DNA of 53,011 nucleotides from Syntrophobacterales bacterium. Its GTDB lineage: Bacteria > Desulfobacterota > Syntrophia > Syntrophales > CAMTWB01. The position numbers and the translations under genes were made by a program. The stretch is taken from positions 1-53,011 of the forward strand of contig JBBIRO010000014.1 of the NCBI GenBank assembly GCA_037441775.1. The letters are read 5' to 3'. Shown one piece after another: positions 19,579 to 30,160 of this stretch. Positions within the stretch are counted from its first letter, which is position 1, and the number at the start of each line of letters is the position of its first letter. The notes below the pieces were generated by a model. It was not told where the DNA came from, did no database searches, and worked only from the letters and a program-made list of their open reading frames with translations.

Positions 19579-21201
19579 ATGCTGGATCTGATGAGAAAAC
19601 ATGCCCGAAACTGGATCATGAAGGTGCTTTTGGGCATAATTATTGTGGTTTTTGTCTTCTATTTTGGCTCGGTCGGTCGGGAGCAGGAGGCCAGAACACT
19701 GGCTGTTTTGAAAGGCAGGTCTTTAGTCTATTTAAATTTTCAGAAGGAGTATAGCGATCTTATCGAGCTCTATCGCCGTCAGTTCGGACCCAATCTGAGC
19801 GAGGAACTGCTCAAGGAGTTGAATGTCAAACAGCAGGCCTTTGATAATATGATCTATAAGGCCCTGGCCCTGCAAAAGGCCGAGGAATGGAAGATCACCA
19901 TTACTGATGAAGAATTGCGCCAGTCGATAGTAAATAATCAAGCCTTCCAAAGAAACGGCGTTTTCGATCAGCGCCTCTATGAGCAGGCCTTACGTCTAAA
20001 CCGGATGACCACTGGTGATTTTGAAATCAGCCAAAAAGAGCTTCTAACGATTAGCAGGCTGGAGCGGATTCTGGCCAGCGCCGCCGCGGCTACGGAAAGA
20101 GAACTCCGGGATATTCATGCGCTCCAAAATGAGGAGATTGCGCTGGAAGCAATCGTCGTTTCTCCTGCCGAATTGCAAAAAAGCATCCTGCCAAAAAGAG
20201 AGGATTTGGAAAAATATTTCAAGGAACATGGCAGTCTCTTCCGTACAGGGGAACAGTATCAGCTGGAATATCTTTCTTTTTCGGTGGCTGAATACGAAGA
20301 TAAGGTCAAGGTGACGAGCGCGGAGATAGACGCTGCCTACGAACGGGCAAACGCGGGAACAAGGAATCAGGCCGTCGACGCTAAAGGAAACAATATGCCG
20401 CCGGCATTTCCACGGGAACGCGTGCTGGCCGAACTGAAACAGCAAAAGAAGCTACAGGCGGCCCAGGAAGCGGTGCGCAATGCGTACGAGATCATCTACC
20501 AGGAAGAGAAACTGGAAAAATTCGCCCGTGAAAATGGCCGGGAAATTATTAAAACGGATTTTTTTCCCCTCGGCAAGCCGGTAGCCGCGTTGGCCGGAAT
20601 TCCTGAACTCGCAAAAACATTGACCGCAACCCAAAAGGGAGAGATTGCCCGTGTTCTTAGTGATAACAAAGCCTTCTTTATCCTGAAGGTTTTGGACAAA
20701 AAAGCCCCCGTTATTCCTCCTTTCGCGGAGATAGAAAAGGATGTGGAAAAGAAATTTATCGAACAGCAGGCCGTCATTATGGCCCGGACCGCCGCCGAAG
20801 ACATCCATGCCGACCTGAAAAAAGGAATCTCCGGCCTGCAATCGTTACCCATCAAGGGGGGCATGAAGAGGGTTGAAACCGGTTATTTTCGGCCCGGTGG
20901 CGCTATTCCCGGCCTGGGCCTGGTTTCCCGGGAATTGAACGACGCCATATTTACCCTGTCCAAGAAAAATCAATATCCGGAGCGTAGTTTTGTGCTTGCC
21001 GACGGCAGCTTCGTAATCATTTACCTGAAGGATAGGCGATACATTACAGGCCAGGATTTCGAAACCATGAGAGACATGCTCGCCAGTCAATTTGGTCATA
21101 TGAAGAGTCAGGAGCTGGTGCGAGCGTTTATCGAAGACTACAAGAATTCATTAATTAAAGAGGGGAATTTAAAAATAGTCAAGGACGTGAAAGATATTTA
21201 A
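19579..21201 (+). CDS. SurA N-terminal domain / PpiD-like periplasmic chaperone
   Basis: MLDLMRK start, single TM helix, FQRNGVFDQRLY; shorter than typical PpiD. Confidence 0.85.
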   Translation: MLDLMRKHARNWIMKVLLGIIIVVFVFYFGSVGREQEARTLAVLKGRSLVYLNFQKEYSDLIELYRRQFGPNLSEELLKELNVKQQAFDNMIYKALALQKAEEWKITITDEELRQSIVNNQAFQRNGVFDQRLYEQALRLNRMTTGDFEISQKELLTISRLERILASAAAATERELRDIHALQNEEIALEAIVVSPAELQKSILPKREDLEKYFKEHGSLFRTGEQYQLEYLSFSVAEYEDKVKVTSAEIDAAYERANAGTRNQAVDAKGNNMPPAFPRERVLAELKQQKKLQAAQEAVRNAYEIIYQEEKLEKFARENGREIIKTDFFPLGKPVAALAGIPELAKTLTATQKGEIARVLSDNKAFFILKVLDKKAPVIPPFAEIEKDVEKKFIEQQAVIMARTAAEDIHADLKKGISGLQSLPIKGGMKRVETGYFRPGGAIPGLGLVSRELNDAIFTLSKKNQYPERSFVLADGSFVIIYLKDRRYITGQDFETMRDMLASQFGHMKSQELVRAFIEDYKNSLIKEGNLKIVKDVKDI

Positions 21202-21267
21202 ATGAGCGTTTTGGGGCTTATTGGATGACTCAAGCAGGTATTCTCGTTCCTCATTAGAATAGATATA

Positions 21268-21301
21268 AAAAGGGTCAACCGCCTGCGGGTGACCCTTTTT
21301 T
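21268..21301. terminator. Bidirectional intrinsic terminator
   Basis: AAAAGGGTCA-ACCGCCTGCGGG-TGACCCTTTTTT between convergent ppiD-like gene and tRNA-Ala. Confidence 0.8.
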
Positions 21302-21304
21302 ATT

Positions 21305-21380
<76 letters not shown>

Positions 21381-21410
21381 TTTCCCTTAGAAACTGATTT
21401 TATGCGTGGG

Positions 21411-21440
21411 CTTCTAGCATAGGGCGTAAAAGGTTGTCAA
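21411..21440 (-). promoter_or_regulatory. Putative sigma70 promoter of tRNA-Ala
   Basis: TTGACA-N18-TAGAAG with TG extension. Confidence 0.45.
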
Positions 21441-21474
21441 CGTATTTTCTGTCTTTAAAAGGATATAAAACACA

Positions 21475-24400
21475 ATGGAAAAGGATTTAAATATTCGACC
21501 CCGCCGCAGGATCTGGGTGATTGCGTTTGCCTTGATTGTCCTGATTTTATCATCGGGAGCCTACCGGTATTACCGCACCGAAATGGAAAGTATCCGCAAT
21601 GAGAAATACGCGACACTCGCGTCAATCGGCGAGCTTAAGGCGGGCCAGATTCAGTGGTGGATAAAGGAGCGGCGGGCGGACGCCGAGCGCTTGGCTAAAG
21701 ATCAGTTGCTTATCGATGTCGAAAATAGAGACTTGGAAAATTCCCTCAGCCGGGCCACCAAAGACCGCTTGCGCGGTCACCTGAAAATCGAGATGATGGA
21801 TGGTGTCTATAGCGACGTCCTTTTGTTCGATTCCCGGGGAAAAATACTCCTTGCCGCCCAGGACGATTCCCATCCGGGCGGCCCGGAAATCCTCCCGGCG
21901 TTGACAGCCTCCCGGGAGAGCCGCCGAGCGGTTCTCTCTAATTTTTACCGTTGTCCTAAGGGCGTCGTCCATCTGGATACGGTGGCTCCGGTTTTCGACG
22001 GCCGGGGAAGGCTTTTGAGATACGTCATCCTGCGCAGCAACGCCGAGAAGATTCTTTTTCCGCTGATCCAGTCCTGGCCGACACCGAGCGCCACCGCCGA
22101 AACCCTTCTGGTCAAGCGGGTGGGCGAAGAAGTGCTTTACTTAAACGAACTTCGTCATCGCTCCGGCACCGCGCTGTCGTTTAGCATACCCCTGACCAGG
22201 ACGGATCTTCCGGCGGTGCAGGCAGTCCTGGGCCGGACGCGGATCTTTGACGGCCGGGACTACCGCGGCGTGGAGGTTTTGGCCGACTTGCGCCCAATTC
22301 AAGGGACGCCTTGGTTTATGGTAGCAAAAATTGACATAGCGGAAATCCTTGCCGAAAGAAACAAGCGCGCTTCGTTGATATTAACCATTGTGGTTATAGT
22401 TATCATTTTAGCGGGTTCATTGACCGCCTTTTACTATCGCAAACACCAGGTGGGACTTTACCGGCAAGCATTAATGGCCCAGCATGGCAAGGCAGAGGCC
22501 CAGGGGCGCCTTAAAGCCACCCTCTACAGCATTGGGGATGCGGTGATTGCCACCGATGCCGAAGGTCGGGTGCGGCAGATGAATCCAGTTGCGGAGGAGT
22601 TGACTGGCTGGCGCGAGGAAGAATCCTTAGGCAGCCCCCTGGAAGAGCGCTTCCAGATTGTCAATGAGGAAACCCGGGCGACCGTGGAAAATCCGGTCCA
22701 GCGGGCCTTGCGGGAGGGCATGGTCGTGGGCCTGGCCAATCACACCCTCCTTATTTCTCGCGACGGCTTCCAGCGCCCCATCGCCGATAGCGCTGCTCCA
22801 ATTCATGACGAAAACGGTTCCATAATCGGTGTAGTGATGGTCTTCCGTGACCAGACAGCAGAACGCGCCAGCCAGAGACTCCTGGAGGAGAGTGAACAGC
22901 GGTACCGGACCCTGGCGAATACCGGTTCCGCGATGATTTGGACCTCCGGGATCGATAAGAAATGTGACTACTTCAATAGGCCCTGGCTTGATTTCCGCGG
23001 CCGCACTATAAACCAAGAATTGGGTGATGGCTGGCTGGAGGGAGTCCATCCCGATGATATGTCCTTCTGCCTTGATACCTATGTTTCCGCTTTTGACCGG
23101 CGGGAGAGCTTCAGCATGGCCTACCGGCTCAGGCGTCATGACGGGGAATACCGCTGGGTTCAAGACGACGGCCAGCCCCGCTATGACACCCAGGGGAACT
23201 TCCTGGGCTACATTGGCCATTGCTTGGACGTGACGGAGCTTAAGCGGGCCGAGCAGAGTATAAACGAGCAAAAATTGCGGCTTTCACAGACTATCGAATT
23301 TCTGCCCGACGCCACCTTCGTCATCGACTCTAGAGGTACTGTCATCGCCTGGAACGAGGCGATGGAGAATCTGACGGGAATTGCCTCTTCAGAAATGCTT
23401 GGCCAGGCCGACTATGCCTATGCGCTCCCCTTTTACCGCGAGCGCCGGCCGATCATGATCGATCTGGCGCTTAATCCGGACGATAGAATCGCCCAAAGCT
23501 ACGCCTCGTTTCACCGGGAAAACGGACGCATCGTCTCCGAATCCTATTTTGAAAATTTCCGAGACAGGGGGGAAACATGGTTGTGGAATACCGCGTCGCT
23601 CTTCTACGCTCCCGATGGCCAAGTTCTGGGTGCCATCGAAATAATCAGGGATATTACCTCCATCAAACAGGCGGAGCGGCAACAACAGCATTCTCTGTCG
23701 CTGTTGAACGCCGCCCTGGATTCCACCCGGGACGGTATCCTTGTTGTTGACAAAAGTGGCCGGATTACCAGGTGGAATCAGAAGTTTGCGGCGATGTGGA
23801 AAATTTCACCCGCGGCGCTCGCCAGCTACGATAATGTGGCGCTGGAATATGTTCTTCCCCAACTGGCCAATCCTGATCAATTTCTGGACAAAGTCAGTGA
23901 GATTTACGCTCAGGAGGATCGGACGAGTTTTGATTACGTTGAGTTTAGGGACGGCCGGCTTTTTGAGAGATACTCGCAGCCGCAAAGAATAGGCGACGAG
24001 ATAGTCGGTCGGGTCTGGTCTTTTCACGATATCACCCAGCAGCGGTTGGCCGAAAGCGATCGCCTGAAGATCGAGGCTCAGTTTTACCAGGCCCAAAAGA
24101 TGGAAGCGGTAGGGCGGCTGGCCGGTGGAATTGCCCATGACTTTAACAATATGCTCAATGTAATTATCGGACATACGGAGATGGCGGAAATGAAAATGGA
24201 CCCCGCATCGCCCCTGCAAGGCAATATCGAGGAAATAGCCAAGGCAGCCAGGCGTTCCGCCGATCTGGTCGGGCAGCTCTTGGGGTTTGCCCGCAAGCAA
24301 CTTGTCTCACCTGAAGTGCTGGACATAAACGACGCCACCGAGAACATGCTTAAAATGCTGCGCACCACGATTGGTGAAGATATCGATCTCATTTGGAAAC

Positions 24401-25221
24401 CATCTGGCCATCTCTGGCCCGTGACAATAGACCCCGTTCAGGTGAGCCAGCTTCTGGCCAATCTTGTCGTCAATGCAAGAGATGCGATAAGCGGCAACGG
24501 CAAGATCATTATCGAGACCGACAATCGGGAGTTCGATGTGACCTACTGCGGCCAGCACGCGGGCTTTATACCCGGGCAGTATGTGATGCTATCGGTGACC
24601 GATGATGGCTGCGGCATGTCCAAGGATACAATGAGTAAGCTGTTTGAACCATTTTTTACCACTAAACCGCAAGGGATGGGAACCGGTTTGGGACTTGCCA
24701 CGGTGTACGGCATCGTCAAACAGAACAATGGCTTCATCAATGTTTACAGTGAGCCTTCGCAGGGCAGCACTTTTAAAATATATTTACCCCGGGCCACATC
24801 GGAAATTGACCCATCAGTAGAACCTCAATCATGGAAGGAAATGCCGCGCGGCAGCGAGACGATCCTTTTGGTTGAAGATGAACCGGCGCTTTTGCAAATA
24901 GGTGAAGAACTACTCAAATATCTAGGCTACAAGGTGCTGATTGCTAACAGCCCGAATCAGGCGCTCCAGCTTGCTTTGGAGTATGAAGGCGAGATTGGTC
25001 TGCTTCTGACCGATGTAGTAATGCCGGAAATGAGCGGCCGAGAACTTAGCCAAAAAATATGCGCCTTGAGGCCGGGCATAAAGCTGCTGTTCATGTCCGG
25101 ATATACCGCCAATGTGATTGCCCATAAGGGTGTCCTGGACGGGGGCATCAACTTCATCCAGAAACCATTTTCCCTGGATGATATGGCCGTGAAAATTCGG
25201 AATGTCCTGAAAAGGTCCTGA
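21475..25221 (+). CDS. Hybrid multi-PAS sensor histidine kinase / response regulator
   Basis: Two TMs around a Cache-like domain, four PAS domains, AHDFNN H-box, HATPase and C-terminal REC (TDVVMP). Confidence 0.93.
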   Translation: MEKDLNIRPRRRIWVIAFALIVLILSSGAYRYYRTEMESIRNEKYATLASIGELKAGQIQWWIKERRADAERLAKDQLLIDVENRDLENSLSRATKDRLRGHLKIEMMDGVYSDVLLFDSRGKILLAAQDDSHPGGPEILPALTASRESRRAVLSNFYRCPKGVVHLDTVAPVFDGRGRLLRYVILRSNAEKILFPLIQSWPTPSATAETLLVKRVGEEVLYLNELRHRSGTALSFSIPLTRTDLPAVQAVLGRTRIFDGRDYRGVEVLADLRPIQGTPWFMVAKIDIAEILAERNKRASLILTIVVIVIILAGSLTAFYYRKHQVGLYRQALMAQHGKAEAQGRLKATLYSIGDAVIATDAEGRVRQMNPVAEELTGWREEESLGSPLEERFQIVNEETRATVENPVQRALREGMVVGLANHTLLISRDGFQRPIADSAAPIHDENGSIIGVVMVFRDQTAERASQRLLEESEQRYRTLANTGSAMIWTSGIDKKCDYFNRPWLDFRGRTINQELGDGWLEGVHPDDMSFCLDTYVSAFDRRESFSMAYRLRRHDGEYRWVQDDGQPRYDTQGNFLGYIGHCLDVTELKRAEQSINEQKLRLSQTIEFLPDATFVIDSRGTVIAWNEAMENLTGIASSEMLGQADYAYALPFYRERRPIMIDLALNPDDRIAQSYASFHRENGRIVSESYFENFRDRGETWLWNTASLFYAPDGQVLGAIEIIRDITSIKQAERQQQHSLSLLNAALDSTRDGILVVDKSGRITRWNQKFAAMWKISPAALASYDNVALEYVLPQLANPDQFLDKVSEIYAQEDRTSFDYVEFRDGRLFERYSQPQRIGDEIVGRVWSFHDITQQRLAESDRLKIEAQFYQAQKMEAVGRLAGGIAHDFNNMLNVIIGHTEMAEMKMDPASPLQGNIEEIAKAARRSADLVGQLLGFARKQLVSPEVLDINDATENMLKMLRTTIGEDIDLIWKPSGHLWPVTIDPVQVSQLLANLVVNARDAISGNGKIIIETDNREFDVTYCGQHAGFIPGQYVMLSVTDDGCGMSKDTMSKLFEPFFTTKPQGMGTGLGLATVYGIVKQNNGFINVYSEPSQGSTFKIYLPRATSEIDPSVEPQSWKEMPRGSETILLVEDEPALLQIGEELLKYLGYKVLIANSPNQALQLALEYEGEIGLLLTDVVMPEMSGRELSQKICALRPGIKLLFMSGYTANVIAHKGVLDGGINFIQKPFSLDDMAVKIRNVLKRS

Positions 25222-25463
25222 AGGCAAGCATCCTACCCCACCCGGGCTTGAGGAGAGGGTCTTGCCCAATTAGCTGTAGCCGCGGGTATTTTTTAGTATG
25301 CCTCCAACTTGCTAACAGGCAGGAGCGATTGCGCTCACAAGGTGCGGCATTGCCTTTTACTGCGCTTATATTATAACCTATCCAACTTAAGACTGAATTG
25401 GTATGGCGCCCCTTTTCATTTTTCTTGACATTTCAGTTGCCTCTGAGTTAGTAACAGTTCCGC

Positions 25464-25550
25464 GCCGGAGTGGTGAAACAGGTAGACGCAGGGGACTCAA
25501 AATCCCCCGGGCGCAAGCCCATCTCGGTTCGATTCCGAGCTCCGGCACCA
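25464..25550 (+). tRNA. tRNA-Leu(CAA)
   Basis: GCCGGAG...GGGGA-CTCAAAA-TCCCC, long variable arm, GGTTCGATTCC, CTCCGGCACCA; 87 nt. Confidence 0.96.
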
Positions 25551-25592
25551 ATTAAAATCCGCACTACTTCCTTTGCACGCGCATGCCTTGCG

Positions 25593-25651
25593 AACTTTTT
25601 ACAAAGCCGTCTTAAAAACTTTCTTTTTGCTGACTTTTTACGAGTGCGTCA
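25593..25651. repeat. Two tandem MITE-like terminal motifs
   Basis: AACTTTTTACAAAGCCGTC and GACTTTTTACGAGTGCGTCA; the second contains the rsmB stop codon. Confidence 0.55.
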
Positions 25652-26978
25652 GTATTGCGCCGAAGAAGGAATCGGTGTTATCCCGCCAGGTGGAAGTGCG
25701 GAAAAAACCTCTTTGATCGATGAGCTGGGCAGGGATGGCAGGATTCGGACGGCACAACTGAAAGTCCTTTCGCAACCTAAGAAACTCATTGACCACGTCC
25801 TCATTTTCATCCGGTAAAAGCGAACAGGTAGCATAAATGAGCTTGCCGTCAACTTTCAGATAGTCTGCCGCATTTAAAAGCATTGTCAACTGGGTCGTCG
25901 TCAATGCGGAAATATCCTCCCTTTTTAGCCGCCATTTTATTTCCGGGTTTCTCCTCAATGTTCCCAAACCGGAGCAGGGGGCGTCCACGAGAATCCGATC
26001 AAATAAACGGGGGATAGGTTCCGGCAGGATTGCTCTGGCATCGGCAACGTATCCCCGAATGATTTCTATCCCAAGTCTTTTAGCTGTTTTACCAAGCTCA
26101 GCGATCCGTTCCTGCTTGATATCAACGGCGAAGATCGATCCGCAGTTACCCATTAATTCTGCCAGATGGGTGGTCTTACCGCCGGCTCCGGCGCATAAGT
26201 CAAGGACGATGTCGCCTGGACTGGGCGATACCAGGCGGGAGATGAGCTGTGAAGCTTCGTCTTGAATGTAGAAGATGCCGGTTTTATAGCCGGCAAGCTC
26301 TCTTAGGGGACAGGGAAGATCGGTCAAGTGCAAACCGTCGGGAGAGAGGCCGGCCGGGGTGACTGAAGCACCAGCCGCCAAAAGCGCCTCGGCTGCCTCT
26401 ACTCTAGAGGATTTTAGTGAATTTATCCGTATTGTGAGCGGTGGTATTTCGTTATTGGCCGTGCAGATAGCCCTGGCTTCTGTAACGTTGAAGATTGTGG
26501 CGAACCTTTCTACCAGCCATTGGGGATGGGAATGGACAACCGCCAGATGGCGAATCGGGTCATATTGCTCATTAGGGAAGACCAGTTGATCTTTTTGCCT
26601 GATGAAGTTACGCAAAACGGCGTTGACCAAACCCTGGCGCCCGGGAAAGAGCAGTTTCGCCGTTTTAACCGCTTCGTTGACGATGGCAAAGGGCGGAATA
26701 CGTTCGGTAAAAAATAACTGAAAAAGAGCAACACGAAGAATGTTCTTAATGCCAGGGGGCAGCCTTGCTGCATCGCCAAAGTAGATCATGGCGATTACGA
26801 AGTCGAGAAATCCCTGCCAGCGGAGCACGCCGTAAACCAGATTGGTAAGGAGGGCTCGATCCTGCTTTTCAAGCGGATAATTGCCGCTTAAGGTCTCATC
26901 CAGAAGCGGCGCGGCAAAGGCGCCCTTTACCACCCGGTTCAGGATGGATACGGCAGTAAGGCGCGGGTTTTTATCCAC
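25638..26978 (-). CDS. rsmB: 16S rRNA m5C967 methyltransferase
   Basis: NusB-like N-terminus, IQDEAS, DLCAGAGGKT, DAPCSGLG, YATCS. Confidence 0.93.
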   Translation of the reverse strand: MDKNPRLTAVSILNRVVKGAFAAPLLDETLSGNYPLEKQDRALLTNLVYGVLRWQGFLDFVIAMIYFGDAARLPPGIKNILRVALFQLFFTERIPPFAIVNEAVKTAKLLFPGRQGLVNAVLRNFIRQKDQLVFPNEQYDPIRHLAVVHSHPQWLVERFATIFNVTEARAICTANNEIPPLTIRINSLKSSRVEAAEALLAAGASVTPAGLSPDGLHLTDLPCPLRELAGYKTGIFYIQDEASQLISRLVSPSPGDIVLDLCAGAGGKTTHLAELMGNCGSIFAVDIKQERIAELGKTAKRLGIEIIRGYVADARAILPEPIPRLFDRILVDAPCSGLGTLRRNPEIKWRLKREDISALTTTQLTMLLNAADYLKVDGKLIYATCSLLPDENEDVVNEFLRLRKDFQLCRPNPAIPAQLIDQRGFFRTSTWRDNTDSFFGAILTHS

Positions 26979-27009
26979 CCGACCCCCCTCAAAAAAAATA
27001 ATTCACAGC

Positions 27010-27894
27010 TCAGTTGCGGCCGGTCATCATGGCCTCGATTATCTCAATGACTTGCGAGGAGTCCTCTTGGCCCGCGCCGCGGCCGATAAGGGCATTGAAA
27101 AGCTGTGTCGCCAAGGCGGTTCCCGGAAGCATCAGTCCAATGTTATGCGCTTCCTGCATTATAATCCCCAAATCTTTGTAATGAAGACGGGCCTCGACCC
27201 CTGGAGAATAGTTGCGTTCAATCATTCTTGGCCCCATCACTTCTAAAATTCTGCTGTGGGCCGATCCCCCGGCCAGAGCCTGATAGACCATCTCCAGAGG
27301 CACCTGGTTTTTGCGGGCAAAAGTAAATGCTTCGGCAATTGCCTGGAGCGTAATCAAGAGCATAGTCTGATTGCAAGCCTTGGCGACCTGCCCAGCTCCA
27401 TTGGGGCCGATATAAACGAACCTTTTCCCCAGACAGTTGAAAACAGGAAGAATCCGATGGAAGGTCTCTTCTCGGCCACCCACCATGATGGCCAGTGTCG
27501 CCTCCTTGGCGCCAATCGGTCCGCCGGATACGGGGGCATCTAGCATCTCTAATTGTCGGCAGGCGAGCTTTTCGGCAATTGCGCGGCAGTTGGCGGGGGA
27601 AATCGTGCTCATGACAACGACAACACTACCTGGACTGGCGCCTTCGCTTACTCCCCCGTCTCCCAGCAGCACCTGCCATGTATCCTCGTCGGTTGTTACC
27701 ATGGTAATGGTTATGTCGCTTTTTTCGCCGACCTCCCGTGGAGAATTACAGGCTAAAGCTCCACGAGCGACTAGGGGCTCCACAGTTTCACTTCGGCGGC
27801 CGTAAATTGACAGGTTGTATCCTTGCTGGAGTAAGTTTTCCGCCATCGGCCGACCCATGGCGCCCAAACCAATGAATCCCAATCTCGTAGTCAT
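27010..27894 (-). CDS. Beta-hydroxyacid dehydrogenase (2-hydroxy-3-oxopropionate reductase-like), copy 2
   Basis: GFIGLGAMG, DAPVSGG, KACNQ. Confidence 0.88.
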   Translation of the reverse strand: MTTRLGFIGLGAMGRPMAENLLQQGYNLSIYGRRSETVEPLVARGALACNSPREVGEKSDITITMVTTDEDTWQVLLGDGGVSEGASPGSVVVVMSTISPANCRAIAEKLACRQLEMLDAPVSGGPIGAKEATLAIMVGGREETFHRILPVFNCLGKRFVYIGPNGAGQVAKACNQTMLLITLQAIAEAFTFARKNQVPLEMVYQALAGGSAHSRILEVMGPRMIERNYSPGVEARLHYKDLGIIMQEAHNIGLMLPGTALATQLFNALIGRGAGQEDSSQVIEIIEAMMTGRN

Positions 27895-28787
27895 TTCGGT
27901 TCGCTTTCTCCCATGCCGTTGAATCTTTCTATAAGCAGCAAAAGCGCCGCCGAGTCGAGATGACCATCGCCGCTTCCGACCAAGGCGTTAAAATACTGGC
28001 TGATCAAAGCCGTACCCGGCAGGGCTATGCCCATCCGGTGGGCCTGATTAAGAACGATATTGATGTCTTTCTGGAATAACTCCACCTTGAATCCCGGTTG
28101 AAAATTTCTCTCCAGCATCCGCTGGCCGTGCGCTTCCAGGATTTTACTGTAGGCGAAGCCGCCTAAAAGGGCCTCCCTGACCCGCGCCGGATCGACGCCG
28201 TTTTTCCTGGCCAGGGTAAAGGCCTCGGCGACGCCGGCGATGGTCATCGAGGTTACGATTTGATTGCAGGCCTTGGCAATCTGACCCGCTCCGCTGGGGC
28301 CGATGTGAACGATGTTTTTCCCCATGCAGGTAAAAAACGGTTTAATGCGCTGGAATATGTCCTTCTCGCCGCCCACCATGAAGGAAAGGCTGGCATTAAT
28401 TGCCCCGGTTTCTCCGCCGGAAACCGGGGCATCGAGCATTGCGATGTTCCGGTCCCGCAGGCGGTTTGCCATCTGCATCACCGCTTGCGGGGAAATAGTA
28501 CTCATGTCGACCAGCACGGATCCGGGCTTGATTCCCTCGAGGAGACCCCGGTGGCCGAATATTACCTCTTCCACATCCGGCGTGTCGGATAGGATGGTGA
28601 AGACAATGTTCGTAACCGAGGCGAGTTCCGCCGGAGATTTATAAGCGACTGCGCCAGCTTCCAGCAGTGGTGAAAGCGCTTGTACCCGGCGGCTGAATAC
28701 TCCCAGGGTATGTCCGCCGCGGATAAGATTTAAAGCCATGGGACGGCCCATGATTCCCAAACCGATGAACCCGGCACTGATGTTCAT
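27891..28787 (-). CDS. Beta-hydroxyacid dehydrogenase (GarR/GlxR-like), copy 1
   Basis: GFIGLGIMG, DAPVSGG, KACNQ, GGFAYSKIL, FQPGF; ATG at 28787 overlaps the upstream stop. Confidence 0.88.
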   Translation of the reverse strand: MNISAGFIGLGIMGRPMALNLIRGGHTLGVFSRRVQALSPLLEAGAVAYKSPAELASVTNIVFTILSDTPDVEEVIFGHRGLLEGIKPGSVLVDMSTISPQAVMQMANRLRDRNIAMLDAPVSGGETGAINASLSFMVGGEKDIFQRIKPFFTCMGKNIVHIGPSGAGQIAKACNQIVTSMTIAGVAEAFTLARKNGVDPARVREALLGGFAYSKILEAHGQRMLERNFQPGFKVELFQKDINIVLNQAHRMGIALPGTALISQYFNALVGSGDGHLDSAALLLLIERFNGMGESEPK

Positions 28788-30160
28788 GATTTTCTCCCCC
28801 GCTGACTGTCGTCCAGATGCCATTCTTTGCAAAAATCGGCCTCCATTGACCTTCTGATCAGGATTGCCTCGTCGTCCGAAGCCAGGCTGACATCCTCCCA
28901 CTTTACCATCATCCCGGCGAGCACGGGCTTGAGGAGCTTAACATGGTGGGCAAGCCCGATGGGAAGATACCCGGCGGCCAGAGACTGACGGGCCGGCAGG
29001 AGGGTCCCATAAACGAGATGACCGCCCTCGCCGTCGAGAATATCGCCAGGCTTCAGGTCGCGTTTCGCGGTTGCCGCCACGTCGCCCACAAAATTGCGCG
29101 CGGCTCCGGTTGGCTCGTTGCGGAGCGCAACTGACGCGACCGAGATCCCCAGTTCCAACCCGATCATGTGCGCCGGGCGGTAAAGAGCCGAATAACGGCC
29201 GCTGTCATCGGTAATCAGTCCGTATTCCCGGAAGCATTTGAGCGCGTAGTCGCTTCTGGCGGTAAAGGTCACGTAAACCCCCCAGCGCAGATCCCGAAAA
29301 ACCGGCCGCCCATCTCGCTCCAGGCTGGAGACGACTTCAACCTGCCCCGGGTGTTCCAAGAGACCGCCGTCAGACCTGGGTTTCAAAATTCGGGGCAGGT
29401 CGTCAGTGCCGCAGGGGGGAAAGGAAAGTCCGCCTCTGGCCGGCTCAAGTCCCGTGGCATTGGCCACTGCCGCCATTTCAATTGCCGATTTAGTTCCATC
29501 TAAAAAGGAGTTGAACATTTTGGGGTTAAAATCCCCATCAGCGACCTGCTGTCGGGAAAAACCGTAATAATCCCAAACCGTATCGGGTGTCGAATAATGA
29601 TAAATGGGCAGGTACTTGGTTCCCTTGCCCGCGGCCACAACCTCAAAGCCGCAAGTTCTGGCCCAGTCGACCTGCTCACAGATCAGCGCCGGTTGGTCGC
29701 CGTAGGCAAGCGAATACACGATACCGGCCTTCTTAGCCATGCGTGCCAGCGCCGGCCCCACCAGGGCGTCGGCTTCCACGTTGACCATGATGATACTTTT
29801 CCCCTGCCGGCAGCAGGCCTGGACATGGTGGACCCCGGCCAGCGGAGATCCGGTTGCCTCGATGATGACGTCGATTGCCGGCTCAGCAATTAACGAAAGG
29901 GCATCCTCAGTTATGAAGGTCTTTAGCTGTTTGAATGCCTGCGTAAGTGAGTCGGCCCGGGCTTCCGGCGGTATGCCGAGCCGTTTCATGGCCGTAACCG
30001 CCCGATCGAATGAAAGATCGGCTATAGCCACGAGATGAATTCCGGGAGTCGCAAAGGCTTGAGCCAGATACATGCTGCCGAATTTCCCGGCGCCGATAAG
30101 GCCTACCCGGATGGGACGATCCTCTTTCTGTCTTTGTAAAAGCAGGCGGTGCAGGTTCAT
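28784..30160 (-). CDS. NAD(P)-dependent oxidoreductase, homoserine dehydrogenase-like with C-terminal SAF domain
   Basis: GLIGAGKFG, NVEAD, GDQP, DGTK and AKRDLKPGDILDGEGG (SAF). Confidence 0.85.
   Translation of the reverse strand: MNLHRLLLQRQKEDRPIRVGLIGAGKFGSMYLAQAFATPGIHLVAIADLSFDRAVTAMKRLGIPPEARADSLTQAFKQLKTFITEDALSLIAEPAIDVIIEATGSPLAGVHHVQACCRQGKSIIMVNVEADALVGPALARMAKKAGIVYSLAYGDQPALICEQVDWARTCGFEVVAAGKGTKYLPIYHYSTPDTVWDYYGFSRQQVADGDFNPKMFNSFLDGTKSAIEMAAVANATGLEPARGGLSFPPCGTDDLPRILKPRSDGGLLEHPGQVEVVSSLERDGRPVFRDLRWGVYVTFTARSDYALKCFREYGLITDDSGRYSALYRPAHMIGLELGISVASVALRNEPTGAARNFVGDVAATAKRDLKPGDILDGEGGHLVYGTLLPARQSLAAGYLPIGLAHHVKLLKPVLAGMMVKWEDVSLASDDEAILIRRSMEADFCKEWHLDDSQRGRKS

Noticed and set aside
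25470-25817. 115-aa ORF
   Set aside because: Overlaps tRNA-Leu and is antisense to rsmB
28784-30160. Flagellar FlgA or true homoserine dehydrogenase
   Set aside because: Only the SAF domain and Rossmann fold are shared; no ACT domain and no flagellar or threonine context
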